From Pseudomonadota bacterium (GTDB taxonomy: Bacteria; Bdellovibrionota; FAC87; UBA2466), in the NCBI GenBank assembly GCA_043718025.1, contig JAYSWN010000001.1:1-64000 (forward strand): a stretch of 64,000 nucleotides of DNA. The letters are read 5' to 3'. Below the pieces are notes generated by a model that had not been told where the DNA came from, searched no databases, and saw only the letters and a list, made by a program, of their open reading frames with translations. Shown piece after piece: positions 1 to 9,138 of the stretch. Made by a program: the position numbers and the translations under genes. Numbering within the stretch: position 1 is the first letter of the stretch; each line of letters opens with the position of its first letter.

Positions 1-26
1 CGACAATGGCTCTGCTCCATACAACA

Positions 27-92
27 AGATCCTTCGGCTTTGCCTCAGGACACGTCCCTGTCGGAAAACGCGAAGCGTTTCCCGACAGGGAC
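27..92. repeat. REP-like palindromic element plus 18-bp hairpin (possible terminator of the MFS gene)
   Basis: 27-50 reads TCCTGAGGCAAAGCCGAAGGATCT on the minus strand. 54-71 and 75-92 form an 18-bp inverted repeat (one mismatch) with a GAA loop, 3 bp past the MFS stop. Confidence 0.6.
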
Positions 93-95
93 TAA

Positions 96-1679
96 TTAAG
101 CTTTTTTGAAGAGCAGGTGGGCAACGCCGGGGCCGATCTCTCCCTGGTGAAAGCTGCGCGCGCGTTGGCGGATAGGGATGTCGGCTTTAGTTACCCGCGC
201 GTGTTGGCGCACGTGTTCGGCCCACGACTCCACCAAAAACACTTCGAAAAAACGGCTGGGTTTGGCCACATCTTGAAACAATTCCCAGCGAATGGCGCCA
301 TCTCGGCGTCGTAATATTTTGATGTCGTGCATTGCCAAACGAAACTCATCGGCACGCGCGGGATCAATGCTGTAATCAACGGTGACCAATACCGGCCCAT
401 CTTCGGGGTCAAGCGGATGCGAGGTTTCGGGCACTCGCCATTCCGATACCATGGTGGTGTCTAGCTCTTTAATCTGGCGCAACGGCCACTTAAGTCCGGT
501 AACGATGCCCGCCAAGAGCCCAACGCCAGAAAGGGCAAGCGCTCCCGAGTCGGTAAGATTTGAAGCCAGGCTTCCCCAAAAAAAACTGCCCACCGCCAAA
601 CCACCCTGAGTCACTAAGACATAAAGGCTTAGGGCGCGGGCTTGCACCCAAAGGGGAACTGCCGACTGAGTGGCGATATTCACGCCGACCATGGTGATCA
701 GCCAGCCGAAGCCGCCAATCACCAGAGAGAAGCAGATGACGTAGAGTGAACTGGAAAAAGCCAATGCCAACGTCGCAACGCTGAAGGCGATTCCCGAAAC
801 CGTAAGACGGGCATCTAAAGAAAATTTTTGACTGAAGCGAGGCAGCACGGCCGCGGCAATCAATGAGCCGGTACCCAAACACCCAACCAGCAGGCCATAA
901 CCCGCAGCCCCTAAACCCAATCGGCCCCTGGCAACGATCGGCAGTAGGGCCCACAGCGCACTGGCGCAAAATAGGAAACTGCCCGAGCGAATCAATACCG
1001 ACTGCAGCAGCGGTGAGTGTTGGGCGTAGCGAATGCCCGATCGAATGGCGCTAAAGATATGTTCTGCCGGAGTGTGCGTTTCGGGCGGATCTCGCTTCCA
1101 CGAGTAGGTTATCCAGATCACCCCCAAAAACGAGAGGCCATTCAAAATAAAAGTGGCACTAATGCCAATGGCAGAAATGGCTAAACCCCCCAGGCTTGGG
1201 CCAATCACGCGCGCAATGTTGTAGCCCGCACCACTTAGGGCAACCGCTTTCGACAACTCATCTCGTCCGGTGATTTCGGGAACTGAAGATTGCCAAGCCG
1301 GGGCATACATCGCATTGCCCATGCCCAGCGCGAAGGTCAGCAAAAGTAGACTGGCGGGAGTGACGGCCCCTTGCCACGTAAGTGCGCCCAGCACCAAGGC
1401 CGCGATAGCCATCCAAAATAGCGTGAAGATCATAAGCCGGCGGCGGTCGACCAAATCAGCCAAGGCTCCGGCCGGTAGTGACACTAAGAAAAAGGGCAGG
1501 CTTGAGGCCGCCTGCATCATCGCGATCAAAAAGGGCGAGTTGGTTAAATCGCCCATCAACCAAACACCGCCCACGTTCTGCATCCAGGTGCCCACATTAG
1601 AAACTACGGCCGCAAGCCAAAGGGCGCGGAAAAGAGGTTGGCGGAGCGGGCTCCAGGGGCTGTCGGCGGGCGGACTCAC
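96..1679 (-). CDS. MFS transporter (MFS_3/DUF894-type) with C-terminal soluble domain
   Basis: About 12 hydrophobic segments; FRALWLAAVVSNVGTWMQ start; motif A-like GALADLVDRRR; C-terminal GPVLVTVDY..RRRDGA..W..H.RQH.R domain typical of this family. Confidence 0.9.
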   Translation of the reverse strand: MSPPADSPWSPLRQPLFRALWLAAVVSNVGTWMQNVGGVWLMGDLTNSPFLIAMMQAASSLPFFLVSLPAGALADLVDRRRLMIFTLFWMAIAALVLGALTWQGAVTPASLLLLTFALGMGNAMYAPAWQSSVPEITGRDELSKAVALSGAGYNIARVIGPSLGGLAISAIGISATFILNGLSFLGVIWITYSWKRDPPETHTPAEHIFSAIRSGIRYAQHSPLLQSVLIRSGSFLFCASALWALLPIVARGRLGLGAAGYGLLVGCLGTGSLIAAAVLPRFSQKFSLDARLTVSGIAFSVATLALAFSSSLYVICFSLVIGGFGWLITMVGVNIATQSAVPLWVQARALSLYVLVTQGGLAVGSFFWGSLASNLTDSGALALSGVGLLAGIVTGLKWPLRQIKELDTTMVSEWRVPETSHPLDPEDGPVLVTVDYSIDPARADEFRLAMHDIKILRRRDGAIRWELFQDVAKPSRFFEVFLVESWAEHVRQHARVTKADIPIRQRARSFHQGEIGPGVAHLLFKKA

Positions 1680-1759
1680 ACTAAGGGTTTAACACGCGGC
1701 ATGAGGTCGTAACAGTCGCCGGACAACAAACTCTGATTTTTTCGGTTAAACTCAACAAA

Positions 1760-2818
1760 ATGGCCATTTTGAATTACTACCGTTTGTTGGGCTTGCCGCG
1801 AGACGCCAGCGCTGCCGACATTCGCAAAGCCTACCGCGCTTTGGTCTTGAAACATCATCCCGACCGAAACCCCGGAAATTTAGACGCTGAAAATATTTTT
1901 AAGGCCGTTGGTGAAGCCTACCGCACGCTTTCCAATGAAAAGCTGCGGGTAAAGTATGATCTCATCACCGCTCACGAAGAGGTGCCGCGGGTCACTTACC
2001 CCAAGCCTTCGCCCTCGGCGACGACAAAACCGGCGCCGCCGCCGCGTCCAGCGCCAGCTCAGTCCGCACCTAAAAGGCACGAAGCGCCGGACGCCCCTTT
2101 AAAAAAAAACCGGTCGGAGGGACGGCTGCGTGAACAAGGGTTGCGCACTTATCTTGCTTACCAAGCCGAAATGAACGAGCTCGATCCATGGGACGGTGTA
2201 TTGGGAATTGTATTCGGTATTTCTGCCGCGTTGTTTGCGCACGCATTTTGGCGCGGCGATGATCGGCAGCCTCAATTTATCGTGCTGTTTCTATGGATGA
2301 TGGTGCCGCTATTTTTGGGCCCTACGGGTTATTTCATCGGTAAGAAGCTGGAGAGTCTAATCGAAGACTGGTTCGATCTGAAAAATTCAAGTAGGTGGTG
2401 GCTGGTATCGTTTACCAAAACACTACCGCTGATTTTCCCCTTAGTAATCTGTTGCTCGGCCTTGGTCAGCTCACAATTCTTTAGAGCGGGCGTTTTTACC
2501 TGGAGAATTTTACCCGCCGCGATTGCCGCAGGCCTCTGTGCCATCGGCGCCAGCGGAGTGGGGCGAGCCTTTGTGCTCCCTTGCGAAACTTCGAGCGGAA
2601 AAATGCTCGGGGCGCTGGTGGGTGCCGCAATTGGTTTTATTGGGGGAGCGGTTGTCGGTCTCATGCTGGGGCTGCTTTCTGCGGGTCGGGGAATGGACGT
2701 TCTGTTTTTCGAAGGTTTTTTTAGCGCTGGCTTTGGTGGCGCAGTGGGGGCGGCAATCGCTAGCTTTGTTGGTTCCCTGCGAAGCTTTCGCCCGGGTGAC
2801 GAAGACGAAGCGTTTTAA
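1760..2818 (+). CDS. Membrane-anchored J-domain (DnaJ class III) protein
   Basis: N-terminal NYYRLLGL..IRKAYR..HPDRN J-domain, Pro-rich linker, multiple Gly-rich TM segments. Confidence 0.85.
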   Translation: MAILNYYRLLGLPRDASAADIRKAYRALVLKHHPDRNPGNLDAENIFKAVGEAYRTLSNEKLRVKYDLITAHEEVPRVTYPKPSPSATTKPAPPPRPAPAQSAPKRHEAPDAPLKKNRSEGRLREQGLRTYLAYQAEMNELDPWDGVLGIVFGISAALFAHAFWRGDDRQPQFIVLFLWMMVPLFLGPTGYFIGKKLESLIEDWFDLKNSSRWWLVSFTKTLPLIFPLVICCSALVSSQFFRAGVFTWRILPAAIAAGLCAIGASGVGRAFVLPCETSSGKMLGALVGAAIGFIGGAVVGLMLGLLSAGRGMDVLFFEGFFSAGFGGAVGAAIASFVGSLRSFRPGDEDEAF

Positions 2819-2822
2819 TCTT

Positions 2823-3827
2823 TCATCCGTGGCCGCCCATTAAAAAAGGCTGACCGTTTTCAATGGGGCGATGACGAACGTTAGTGAAGAACGTAAGGCA
2901 GAGATCTTTTAATTCCTGTACATCGTTAGTTTCAAAAATGCTGGCTCTGAATTGGGCCGCGCCATGAATTCCTGCCGCGTACCACGCCATAAATTTTTTA
3001 AGCGAAAGGAAGGCACGTCGGCTTTCGCGGTATTGCAGCGCCAATTCAAAGTGACGGTTAAGTAGCACGGTAAAGTCGTAATCAACCGCGCCACCCGAAA
3101 CCAGTTCACGAAAAATCCAGGGGTTTTTCAAAGCGCCGCGCCCAATCATCACGGCGTGGCAGTAGCCACCATCGATACGAGCTCGTGCGATATCTGAAGT
3201 GACCACATCGCCATTGCCCAGAATCGGGATTGGGCTTGAATTCGAAATTTTCTTGATCAGCTCCCAATCGGCGGAGCCGGTGTAAGCTTGCGCGCGCGTT
3301 CGTCCGTGAATTGCCACCCACACCACACCGGCTTTAGCGGCAGTGTGAACCACCTGTTCGGCGTTGATTGACTCGTGATCCCACCCGGTGCGAATTTTTA
3401 TGCTGAGGGGAATTCTTAGCGCCGAAGCTACCGTGGCCAGCATGTCTCCCATGCGCTCAGGCTCTTTGAGCCAAGCCGCCCCGGCTCCGTCGCTCACCAC
3501 TTTTTTAACGGGGCAGCCGAAGTTGATGTCGACAAAATCGGCGCCCTGCTCTTGTACGATCTTTGCCGCCTCTTTTAGTTTCTGCGGATCGGAACCAAAA
3601 ATCTGGATGCCTACCGGCCGCTCGGCTTGCGAGAACTCCATGAGTTCCCAGCTTTTCGACCCTTTTCGAATCAAACCTTCTGAGGAGATCAGCTCACTCA
3701 CCACCAGTTGGGCGCCCATTTCACGTATCAGGCTGCGAAAAATAACGTCCGAAATGCCCGCCATGGGGGCCATTACCCAGCGGATGTCTCCGTACCGTTC
3801 TTTAAATGTTTGAAGCGCGGGAAGCAT
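2823..3827 (-). CDS. dusB: tRNA-dihydrouridine synthase
   Basis: APMAGISD, QIFGS, DINFGCP, KIRTGW, IHGRTRAQ, GNGDV and VMIGRG motifs. Confidence 0.92.
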   Translation of the reverse strand: MLPALQTFKERYGDIRWVMAPMAGISDVIFRSLIREMGAQLVVSELISSEGLIRKGSKSWELMEFSQAERPVGIQIFGSDPQKLKEAAKIVQEQGADFVDINFGCPVKKVVSDGAGAAWLKEPERMGDMLATVASALRIPLSIKIRTGWDHESINAEQVVHTAAKAGVVWVAIHGRTRAQAYTGSADWELIKKISNSSPIPILGNGDVVTSDIARARIDGGYCHAVMIGRGALKNPWIFRELVSGGAVDYDFTVLLNRHFELALQYRESRRAFLSLKKFMAWYAAGIHGAAQFRASIFETNDVQELKDLCLTFFTNVRHRPIENGQPFLMGGHG

Positions 3828-3907
3828 TGAGCAGAGGGGTATACCAGCTTATTCAGGACGACGCGAAAGACTAATCTAACTTTGGCCCGCAGCGCAGGCA
3901 GGTGATT

Positions 3908-3980
3908 CGGCTAACCCCGCTAAGAGTTCAACCCGGCACCATTTTCAGGATCGCTTTGTTCCAAAAGCGGCTAACCCCGC
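3908..3980. repeat. 13-bp direct repeat, 60-bp period
   Basis: CGGCTAACCCCGC at 3908-3920 and 3968-3980 in the thyX-dusB spacer. Confidence 0.8.
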
Positions 3981-3992
3981 GAATTGCGGCTT

Positions 3993-5558
3993 TTAAAGGC
4001 TTTTACGCTCGTACTGATTGATGTCGTACTTCCACACCGGCAATCCGCAGAAGCGATCCCCCTCTGGGCAATAGGGTTTGGTTCCCGCCCTTAACCTGAG
4101 GTAGCAAGGCGCTTTTAGGTGTTCCGCAATTTTGGGGAAGTGTTCCCGTAGCTGTTTAATCTCGTCCAAACTCGCCCTAAAAATTTCTTCTTGGGCGTTG
4201 TAACAGGTACGCAGCTTCCATTTGTGCTGCCACGACTGCAGATCACCGCTGCTCACCATGCGAATCGAGACTGCATTGGGCAGAAGATAAAAGGCCAAGT
4301 CGGGCTTCACGCCTTGGGCAATGAGCTGGTTCACCCCATCAAAGCTGCGTTTCATGCACTGATGATAAATATCTTGGGCTTCGGCGTTCTGGGTGATGCC
4401 GAAAGGGGTAATGTAATCGGGCTCACCAGAATAGTGAAAGAAGACGGACGGACGGCTGGTGAACACCATGCGGTGGCGTTGATCTTGCGAATCCGCCGTG
4501 TGGCTCAGTTTCTTTTGGTAGGTGAAGTGAGCGTGGTGCAGCACCTGGCTCATGCGTTCGAAGGTTCCGACGTTAAGGGTATCGGCCAAGTGCTTGTTTT
4601 GCCGAGGATCTAGAATGATCGCCAGAGCGGTATCATCGCTCATTTCGGCTCTGGTTTTACCCAATTGAATTCGTACCGCTTGCGCCATAACCATTTCAGG
4701 ATTCGAAGAATACTGAATCAGCTTCGAAAGGTGGGGGCCCAGGTCGGCATCAAACTCTTGAACAAACTTTTTGCTTACGTCTTGCTGCAGACCAGCCTGA
4801 CGAAATTGAAACTCTGGCGATGCTTCAAGGGGTAAGGGGTCTTGAAGCTCTTTTTCAAACAACGGATCTAACTTCAACACGCAGTCGAGCATTTTCTTTA
4901 CGAGCACCCGCTGCTCTTCGGGGGTATCGAAATGATCCACCAGTTTGGCGTAGCGCATGAGCGTAAGCGCGCTAATCGTGTGGTAGAGGTACGCCGTGGT
5001 GCCTACCCCTAAGGCATAGCGAGCTACCTCGTATGCCCTCTTATCAATATTGCTTTTCCATTTTTCCGGGGTCTTCTTGCGGGCTTTGAAGCGGTCGTAA
5101 AAATCGGCCGCTAGCGGCTCGCGCAGCAGTTCAATGAGTCGCTCGTAAGTGGCGGTCTGGACGGCCGTTACGTCGGCGTAAATTTTTGCCGCCGCCGAGT
5201 CGAGCGGTGGCATGACCACATTGCCCGGCTTCACTCGCACGTAACGCTGGCTAACTTGCTCAGAGTTATAAAAAGGATGGCCGTGCAAAAAATTCCACAG
5301 ACAATGGCGCGAAATTCCAGAAATCACAAAAACAAAATGGGCGTGCTGTCGCGTCGTGAGGTGGCCGGCTTCTAACGTGGAAGCGGCGATACGGTCGCGC
5401 AATTCGATCGCTTTTTCATCAATAGAAACCGCTTCCGGAAAGATTGCGCCTTTACCCGAATAGCAGGTGCGGGCCGAGGCCACCGAAAGCTCGTAGGCCG
5501 ACGGCACGGCGCTGACCAGCTTCACTTCAATCTCATCAAAGCGTCGAAACATTTCCAT
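3993..5558 (-). CDS. thyX: FAD-dependent thymidylate synthase, tandem two-domain ThyX
   Basis: 521 aa; first domain SARTCY, GH, ISGISR, SQRYV; second domain QDQRHR, YLLPNA, LRTC..AQEEI; C-terminal C..CPEG..CG. Confidence 0.85.
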   Translation of the reverse strand: MEMFRRFDEIEVKLVSAVPSAYELSVASARTCYSGKGAIFPEAVSIDEKAIELRDRIAASTLEAGHLTTRQHAHFVFVISGISRHCLWNFLHGHPFYNSEQVSQRYVRVKPGNVVMPPLDSAAAKIYADVTAVQTATYERLIELLREPLAADFYDRFKARKKTPEKWKSNIDKRAYEVARYALGVGTTAYLYHTISALTLMRYAKLVDHFDTPEEQRVLVKKMLDCVLKLDPLFEKELQDPLPLEASPEFQFRQAGLQQDVSKKFVQEFDADLGPHLSKLIQYSSNPEMVMAQAVRIQLGKTRAEMSDDTALAIILDPRQNKHLADTLNVGTFERMSQVLHHAHFTYQKKLSHTADSQDQRHRMVFTSRPSVFFHYSGEPDYITPFGITQNAEAQDIYHQCMKRSFDGVNQLIAQGVKPDLAFYLLPNAVSIRMVSSGDLQSWQHKWKLRTCYNAQEEIFRASLDEIKQLREHFPKIAEHLKAPCYLRLRAGTKPYCPEGDRFCGLPVWKYDINQYERKSL

Positions 5559-5730
5559 CAGAATAGAAATGTATAGGCATCAAAAATCGAAGTCACGACT
5601 GCTGTGGCAAAAATAGCGCTTCGTAATTGCCAGCCCAAGGCGGAGAATTCCCAAGTCATTTTAGGCCTAGCGCTCGGCATCACTTTGCTACTTACCTGGG
5701 GCGCGCAATGAGCGAATTTCTACAACCGTT

Positions 5731-6759
5731 TTAAGGGGTTAATTCCTTGCGTGGGTGGGGTGGGGTAACTTCTTTAGCCGCCGTTTTCTCGCGCGGGTGG
5801 GTTTTATCGTACACGCGCTTGAGACGTTCGGTGTCGACCTGGGTGTACTTTTGCGTGGTGACCAGCGATCGGTGTCCCAACAGCTCCTGAATTTCCCGTA
5901 AGCCGGCGCCACCACTTAGCAAATGAGTGGCGCACGAGTGGCGAAAAGTGTGCGGGGTGACCTCTTTGCCTTTTTCACCGAGCACGTTGATGGCATGGGC
6001 CTGTAAATCTCGCTGTACGGTGCGCACCGAAACTTTGTTGCCGTCGCGGTTTAAAAACAGCGGGGTGGTGCTGCCGTGCTTTACTAAATTTGGCACTGAC
6101 CCTACGTAATTGCGCACCGCCGTTTGGCAGTGAGTGCCCATGGGCACGACTCGCTCTTTGCTCCCTTTTCCTTTAATCAAAAGAGTGTTTTGGGCAAAAT
6201 CAATCTGTTCGTAGGTGAGGCCCACGCATTCCGAAACGCGAATTCCGGTGGAATAGAGCAGTTCTAAAACCGCCTGTAAGCGTTTTTGCCGCAGGTTTTC
6301 CGCCGGGGCTTCGTCTAAGAGTTTAAGCATCTCCTCGGGCGCTAAAACGAAAGGCAGCTTCTTCGGCACTCGGGGCAGTCGCAAAATACGCGCCGCATTT
6401 TTTTCAATGACGCCTTCGCGGTGCAGGAATTTGAGAAACCCTTTGATCGTCGAAAGGCGCCGCGCCAGTGTCGACTTCTCGTATAATTTGGACTGGGCGG
6501 CCAAATACTTTCGCAATAGTTTCAAGTCGCAAAGATCGCTGTTTTTAAATTCGCCTTTCTGCTTTTCGAACAGGTAACGAAACCAATCTTTGAGATCCAA
6601 CTCATAGTTGGCGGTGGTGTGAGGGCTGGCGGAGCGCTCGGTCTGGAGGTAACTCAAAAACCGCGCGCTCCATTCGGGAAGGCGCCCTTTGCCCTCCTCA
6701 AACAAATCATCCGTGGCGGCGGTGCTCTTGTGAGGTTTACTTGGCGAGGTTTTGCTCAT
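5731..6759 (-). CDS. xerC: Tyrosine recombinase XerC/XerD family
   Basis: LELLYSTGIRVSE, GKGSKERVVP, TPHTFRHSCATHLL, IQELLGH, TTQKYT; full catalytic set. The XerC versus XerD assignment is tentative. Confidence 0.85.
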   Translation of the reverse strand: MSKTSPSKPHKSTAATDDLFEEGKGRLPEWSARFLSYLQTERSASPHTTANYELDLKDWFRYLFEKQKGEFKNSDLCDLKLLRKYLAAQSKLYEKSTLARRLSTIKGFLKFLHREGVIEKNAARILRLPRVPKKLPFVLAPEEMLKLLDEAPAENLRQKRLQAVLELLYSTGIRVSECVGLTYEQIDFAQNTLLIKGKGSKERVVPMGTHCQTAVRNYVGSVPNLVKHGSTTPLFLNRDGNKVSVRTVQRDLQAHAINVLGEKGKEVTPHTFRHSCATHLLSGGAGLREIQELLGHRSLVTTQKYTQVDTERLKRVYDKTHPREKTAAKEVTPPHPRKELTP

Positions 6760-6789
6760 GCCCTAAATTTAGAGTGTTAAAATGGATAC

Positions 6790-7518
6790 GTGAAGTCTTT
6801 ACGCCTTAACTTCGTTTTTCTCTTTTGGCTCTTAGCGTCAGCCAATGGGCGTGCGGCTAGCTTGCCGTCGGGTCTAGTCGGCGTCGAGATTGAAAACATA
6901 ATCGAGCGCATTGGCTTTGTTTCGACCACGCGGTTGATGCGCGCCGCCGAAGCGCTGCCGCCTTGGCCGGGCATTCGTCTGGGCGTCGACGTGTCGGTAG
7001 CACCGCAAATGGGCTTTAACGAGCTGGGCGATAGAAACGGCGCGGAACCCCAAGTCTTTGTGCTACCGCGCTTGCATTTTAGTAAGGGGCTTTGGGCCGG
7101 GGCGGAATTGATCTTTAGCACCATGCCCTTTACTGACCAGCCCGGTTACAGCGCCACGGGCGGAATCTTGAAGTGGTGTTTTTACACCGAAAAGAGTGGT
7201 TGGCTCAGCGTCAGCACCTTTGTGGGCTATACCAACGTGAGCGTCTTTCGAAATGATTTTTCGGGCAATAACTTTGAGTTCGGGGTTTATGCGAGCAAAG
7301 ACTATGTCCGGCTCAAGCCCTACTTAGGTGCCTCGGTGCTGCTGGCCCAAGGAAGCATTCGACCGGCCCTGGCGAAAACTGCAGTGGTTTCCAGTATGAA
7401 GGGAACGCTTCATGCCTTTATCGGTCTAGAGCTCGAATACCCGGTTACGATCGTGGCGGAGTTTGGTCTGTTTAATCTAAATCCGACGATGAGCCTATTC
7501 ATTGGGAAGCGCTTTTAG
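6790..7518 (+). CDS. Putative exported outer-membrane beta-barrel protein
   Basis: Signal-peptide-like N-terminus, amphipathic aromatic-rich beta strands, C-terminal Phe. Confidence 0.6.
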   Translation: MKSLRLNFVFLFWLLASANGRAASLPSGLVGVEIENIIERIGFVSTTRLMRAAEALPPWPGIRLGVDVSVAPQMGFNELGDRNGAEPQVFVLPRLHFSKGLWAGAELIFSTMPFTDQPGYSATGGILKWCFYTEKSGWLSVSTFVGYTNVSVFRNDFSGNNFEFGVYASKDYVRLKPYLGASVLLAQGSIRPALAKTAVVSSMKGTLHAFIGLELEYPVTIVAEFGLFNLNPTMSLFIGKRF

Positions 7519-8001
7519 CTTGGCAATCACACTGGTGGTCGAAAAACCCTCTTCGAGCGGTAGCAATTCAATTTTTCCGCCCCAGCTTTCGACCAACCCT
7601 CTTTCGGGCAGTGGTTTGTTGGCGTAGTCGGCGCCCTTTACATGAATGTGCGGGCGCAAAATTTCTAAGAATTCGAGCGGTGTGTCTTGATCGAAGACCA
7701 CGACGTAGTCTACCGCGCTTAAACAGGCCAGTTGATGGGCGCGAACTCGTTCATCGAAAATCGGGCGCGAGTCGCCCTTTAGCTTCCGAACGGAGGCATC
7801 TGAGTTAATTCCTACCACCAGCGCGTCACCAAAACCCTTGGCTTCATTGAGATAGCGCAGATGGCCCCAATGCAAAATATCGAAGCAGCCGTTAGACGAA
7901 ACAATCACCCGCCGCTCCGTGCGTAGTTTATCGGCGATGGTGCCGAGGTGCTTCCAGCCGATAATCTTCTTTTCTAAGATGTGATTGCGTACATTCATCA
8001 A
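7495..8001 (-). CDS. rfaE2: D-glycero-beta-D-manno-heptose 1-phosphate adenylyltransferase (HldC/RfaE domain II)
   Basis: NGCFDILHWGH, VGINSDASVRKLKG..RP, KGADY, STT motifs. Confidence 0.92.
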   Translation of the reverse strand: MMNVRNHILEKKIIGWKHLGTIADKLRTERRVIVSSNGCFDILHWGHLRYLNEAKGFGDALVVGINSDASVRKLKGDSRPIFDERVRAHQLACLSAVDYVVVFDQDTPLEFLEILRPHIHVKGADYANKPLPERGLVESWGGKIELLPLEEGFSTTSVIAKLKALPNE

Positions 8002-8972
8002 TTCGCAAACCGGTATACCTGGGTTTTTGAAATTAGATCAACTAAGTTTCTTCCCTTGGTGCGAATGAGCAGCAGCGGCGCCAGTAACGGGATCGGGTAG
8101 AAAAGAAACGACGTAACCAGGCGGATGCATTTACGAACGGTTAGCCATTCGCCCTCTTTTGCACCGGGGTACGCCAATCTTAGGCCCCACACCCACATCC
8201 CGAAAGTCATGTCCAATACGCCAATCGACATGACTAAGTAGGTGAGCCAGATCACCGAAAATTCGAGCGCCATGATGCGAACAAATTTTGGGTTGGAAAA
8301 GCTGCTAAAAAACCACTGTGAAAGGGCCGCGGGCGAAAGCCCTTCAAGAACCACTCCGGTCAAAATGATCAGGCCCGCAAATAGCGTCCAAACAAAAACC
8401 TGATCGAGTAGCGATGCCATAAATCGACGGCTGATGGTCGGCTTGGGTAACTCCGGCGGCGGCGTGGCTAAATCAGAACTCAAAGATCGCATCACTTCCG
8501 GATTAAGTGAAACCACCGGCTGCTCGGCAGGACGCACGCTATTCATCAGGCGGGCGGCCGCCACTGCTTCGGTCGGGGTGATGATGTCGTTAGTCAGAGT
8601 TTCACGAACTCCTCGTTCTTTAGGAAGGGGGGGCGGCGCGTCCGGCATTTTTTGAAAGGCTTGAACCAACGAGTCTTTGGTCGCGCCATTTTTTTGTGGC
8701 AGGGGGTCAGTAGAAAATAGATCGTCTAAGCGTGACTCCTTTCTTTCGAGGGTCACTTTTTCGAATGGGGTGGGTTGCGGCCGTTTAGTGGGATCGGGAC
8801 TCTCTAGTCCCAAGCCATCGGTCAGCGGGCGAAACGAACGCCCAAAGTCGGGTGAACTGTTTGCGGTGCCCAACTCGTCGGCAATAAATTTTTGCAAGTC
8901 GACGAGCGATGACAATTCAGGTTCGCCTAACAAAGCATCAATGGTCTTGGACGAAGGCTTTTTTGTTTCCAT
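7998..8972 (-). CDS. RDD family membrane protein with disordered N-terminus
   Basis: RRFMASLLD, TFGMWVWGLRL and RNLVDLISKT RDD motifs; Pro-rich N-terminal half. Confidence 0.8.
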   Translation of the reverse strand: METKKPSSKTIDALLGEPELSSLVDLQKFIADELGTANSSPDFGRSFRPLTDGLGLESPDPTKRPQPTPFEKVTLERKESRLDDLFSTDPLPQKNGATKDSLVQAFQKMPDAPPPLPKERGVRETLTNDIITPTEAVAAARLMNSVRPAEQPVVSLNPEVMRSLSSDLATPPPELPKPTISRRFMASLLDQVFVWTLFAGLIILTGVVLEGLSPAALSQWFFSSFSNPKFVRIMALEFSVIWLTYLVMSIGVLDMTFGMWVWGLRLAYPGAKEGEWLTVRKCIRLVTSFLFYPIPLLAPLLLIRTKGRNLVDLISKTQVYRFAN

Positions 8973-9138
8973 TGCAAAATTTTAACTCCTTTAAGCGGTT
9001 ACGTCTAAGTTTCGCCACGTTTGTCTTCTTATCGACGCGTCGCGTCTGAAGATCGCGCACTTTAGTTAACGCGTTGTTTAATTCGTTTTGACTGCAAGCG
9101 TCGGAAAAACGTTTTATGACGTCATAGGGGTGGGGTTT

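Noticed and set aside
3890..3990. c-di-GMP-I riboswitch or mini-CRISPR
   Set aside because: TAGCGGGGTTA resembles the riboswitch 3' end, but the GGCAAA..GAAA..GACGCAAAG core is absent. Two 13-bp repeats with no cas genes are not a CRISPR array.
5674..5690. Sigma54 promoter GGCATCACTTTGC
   Set aside because: GG-to-GC spacing is 9 rather than 10, and no suitably oriented gene follows.
5731..6759. Phage or ICE integrase marking a mobile element
   Set aside because: Typical chromosomal Xer motifs, housekeeping neighbours, and no att repeats or dif site seen.
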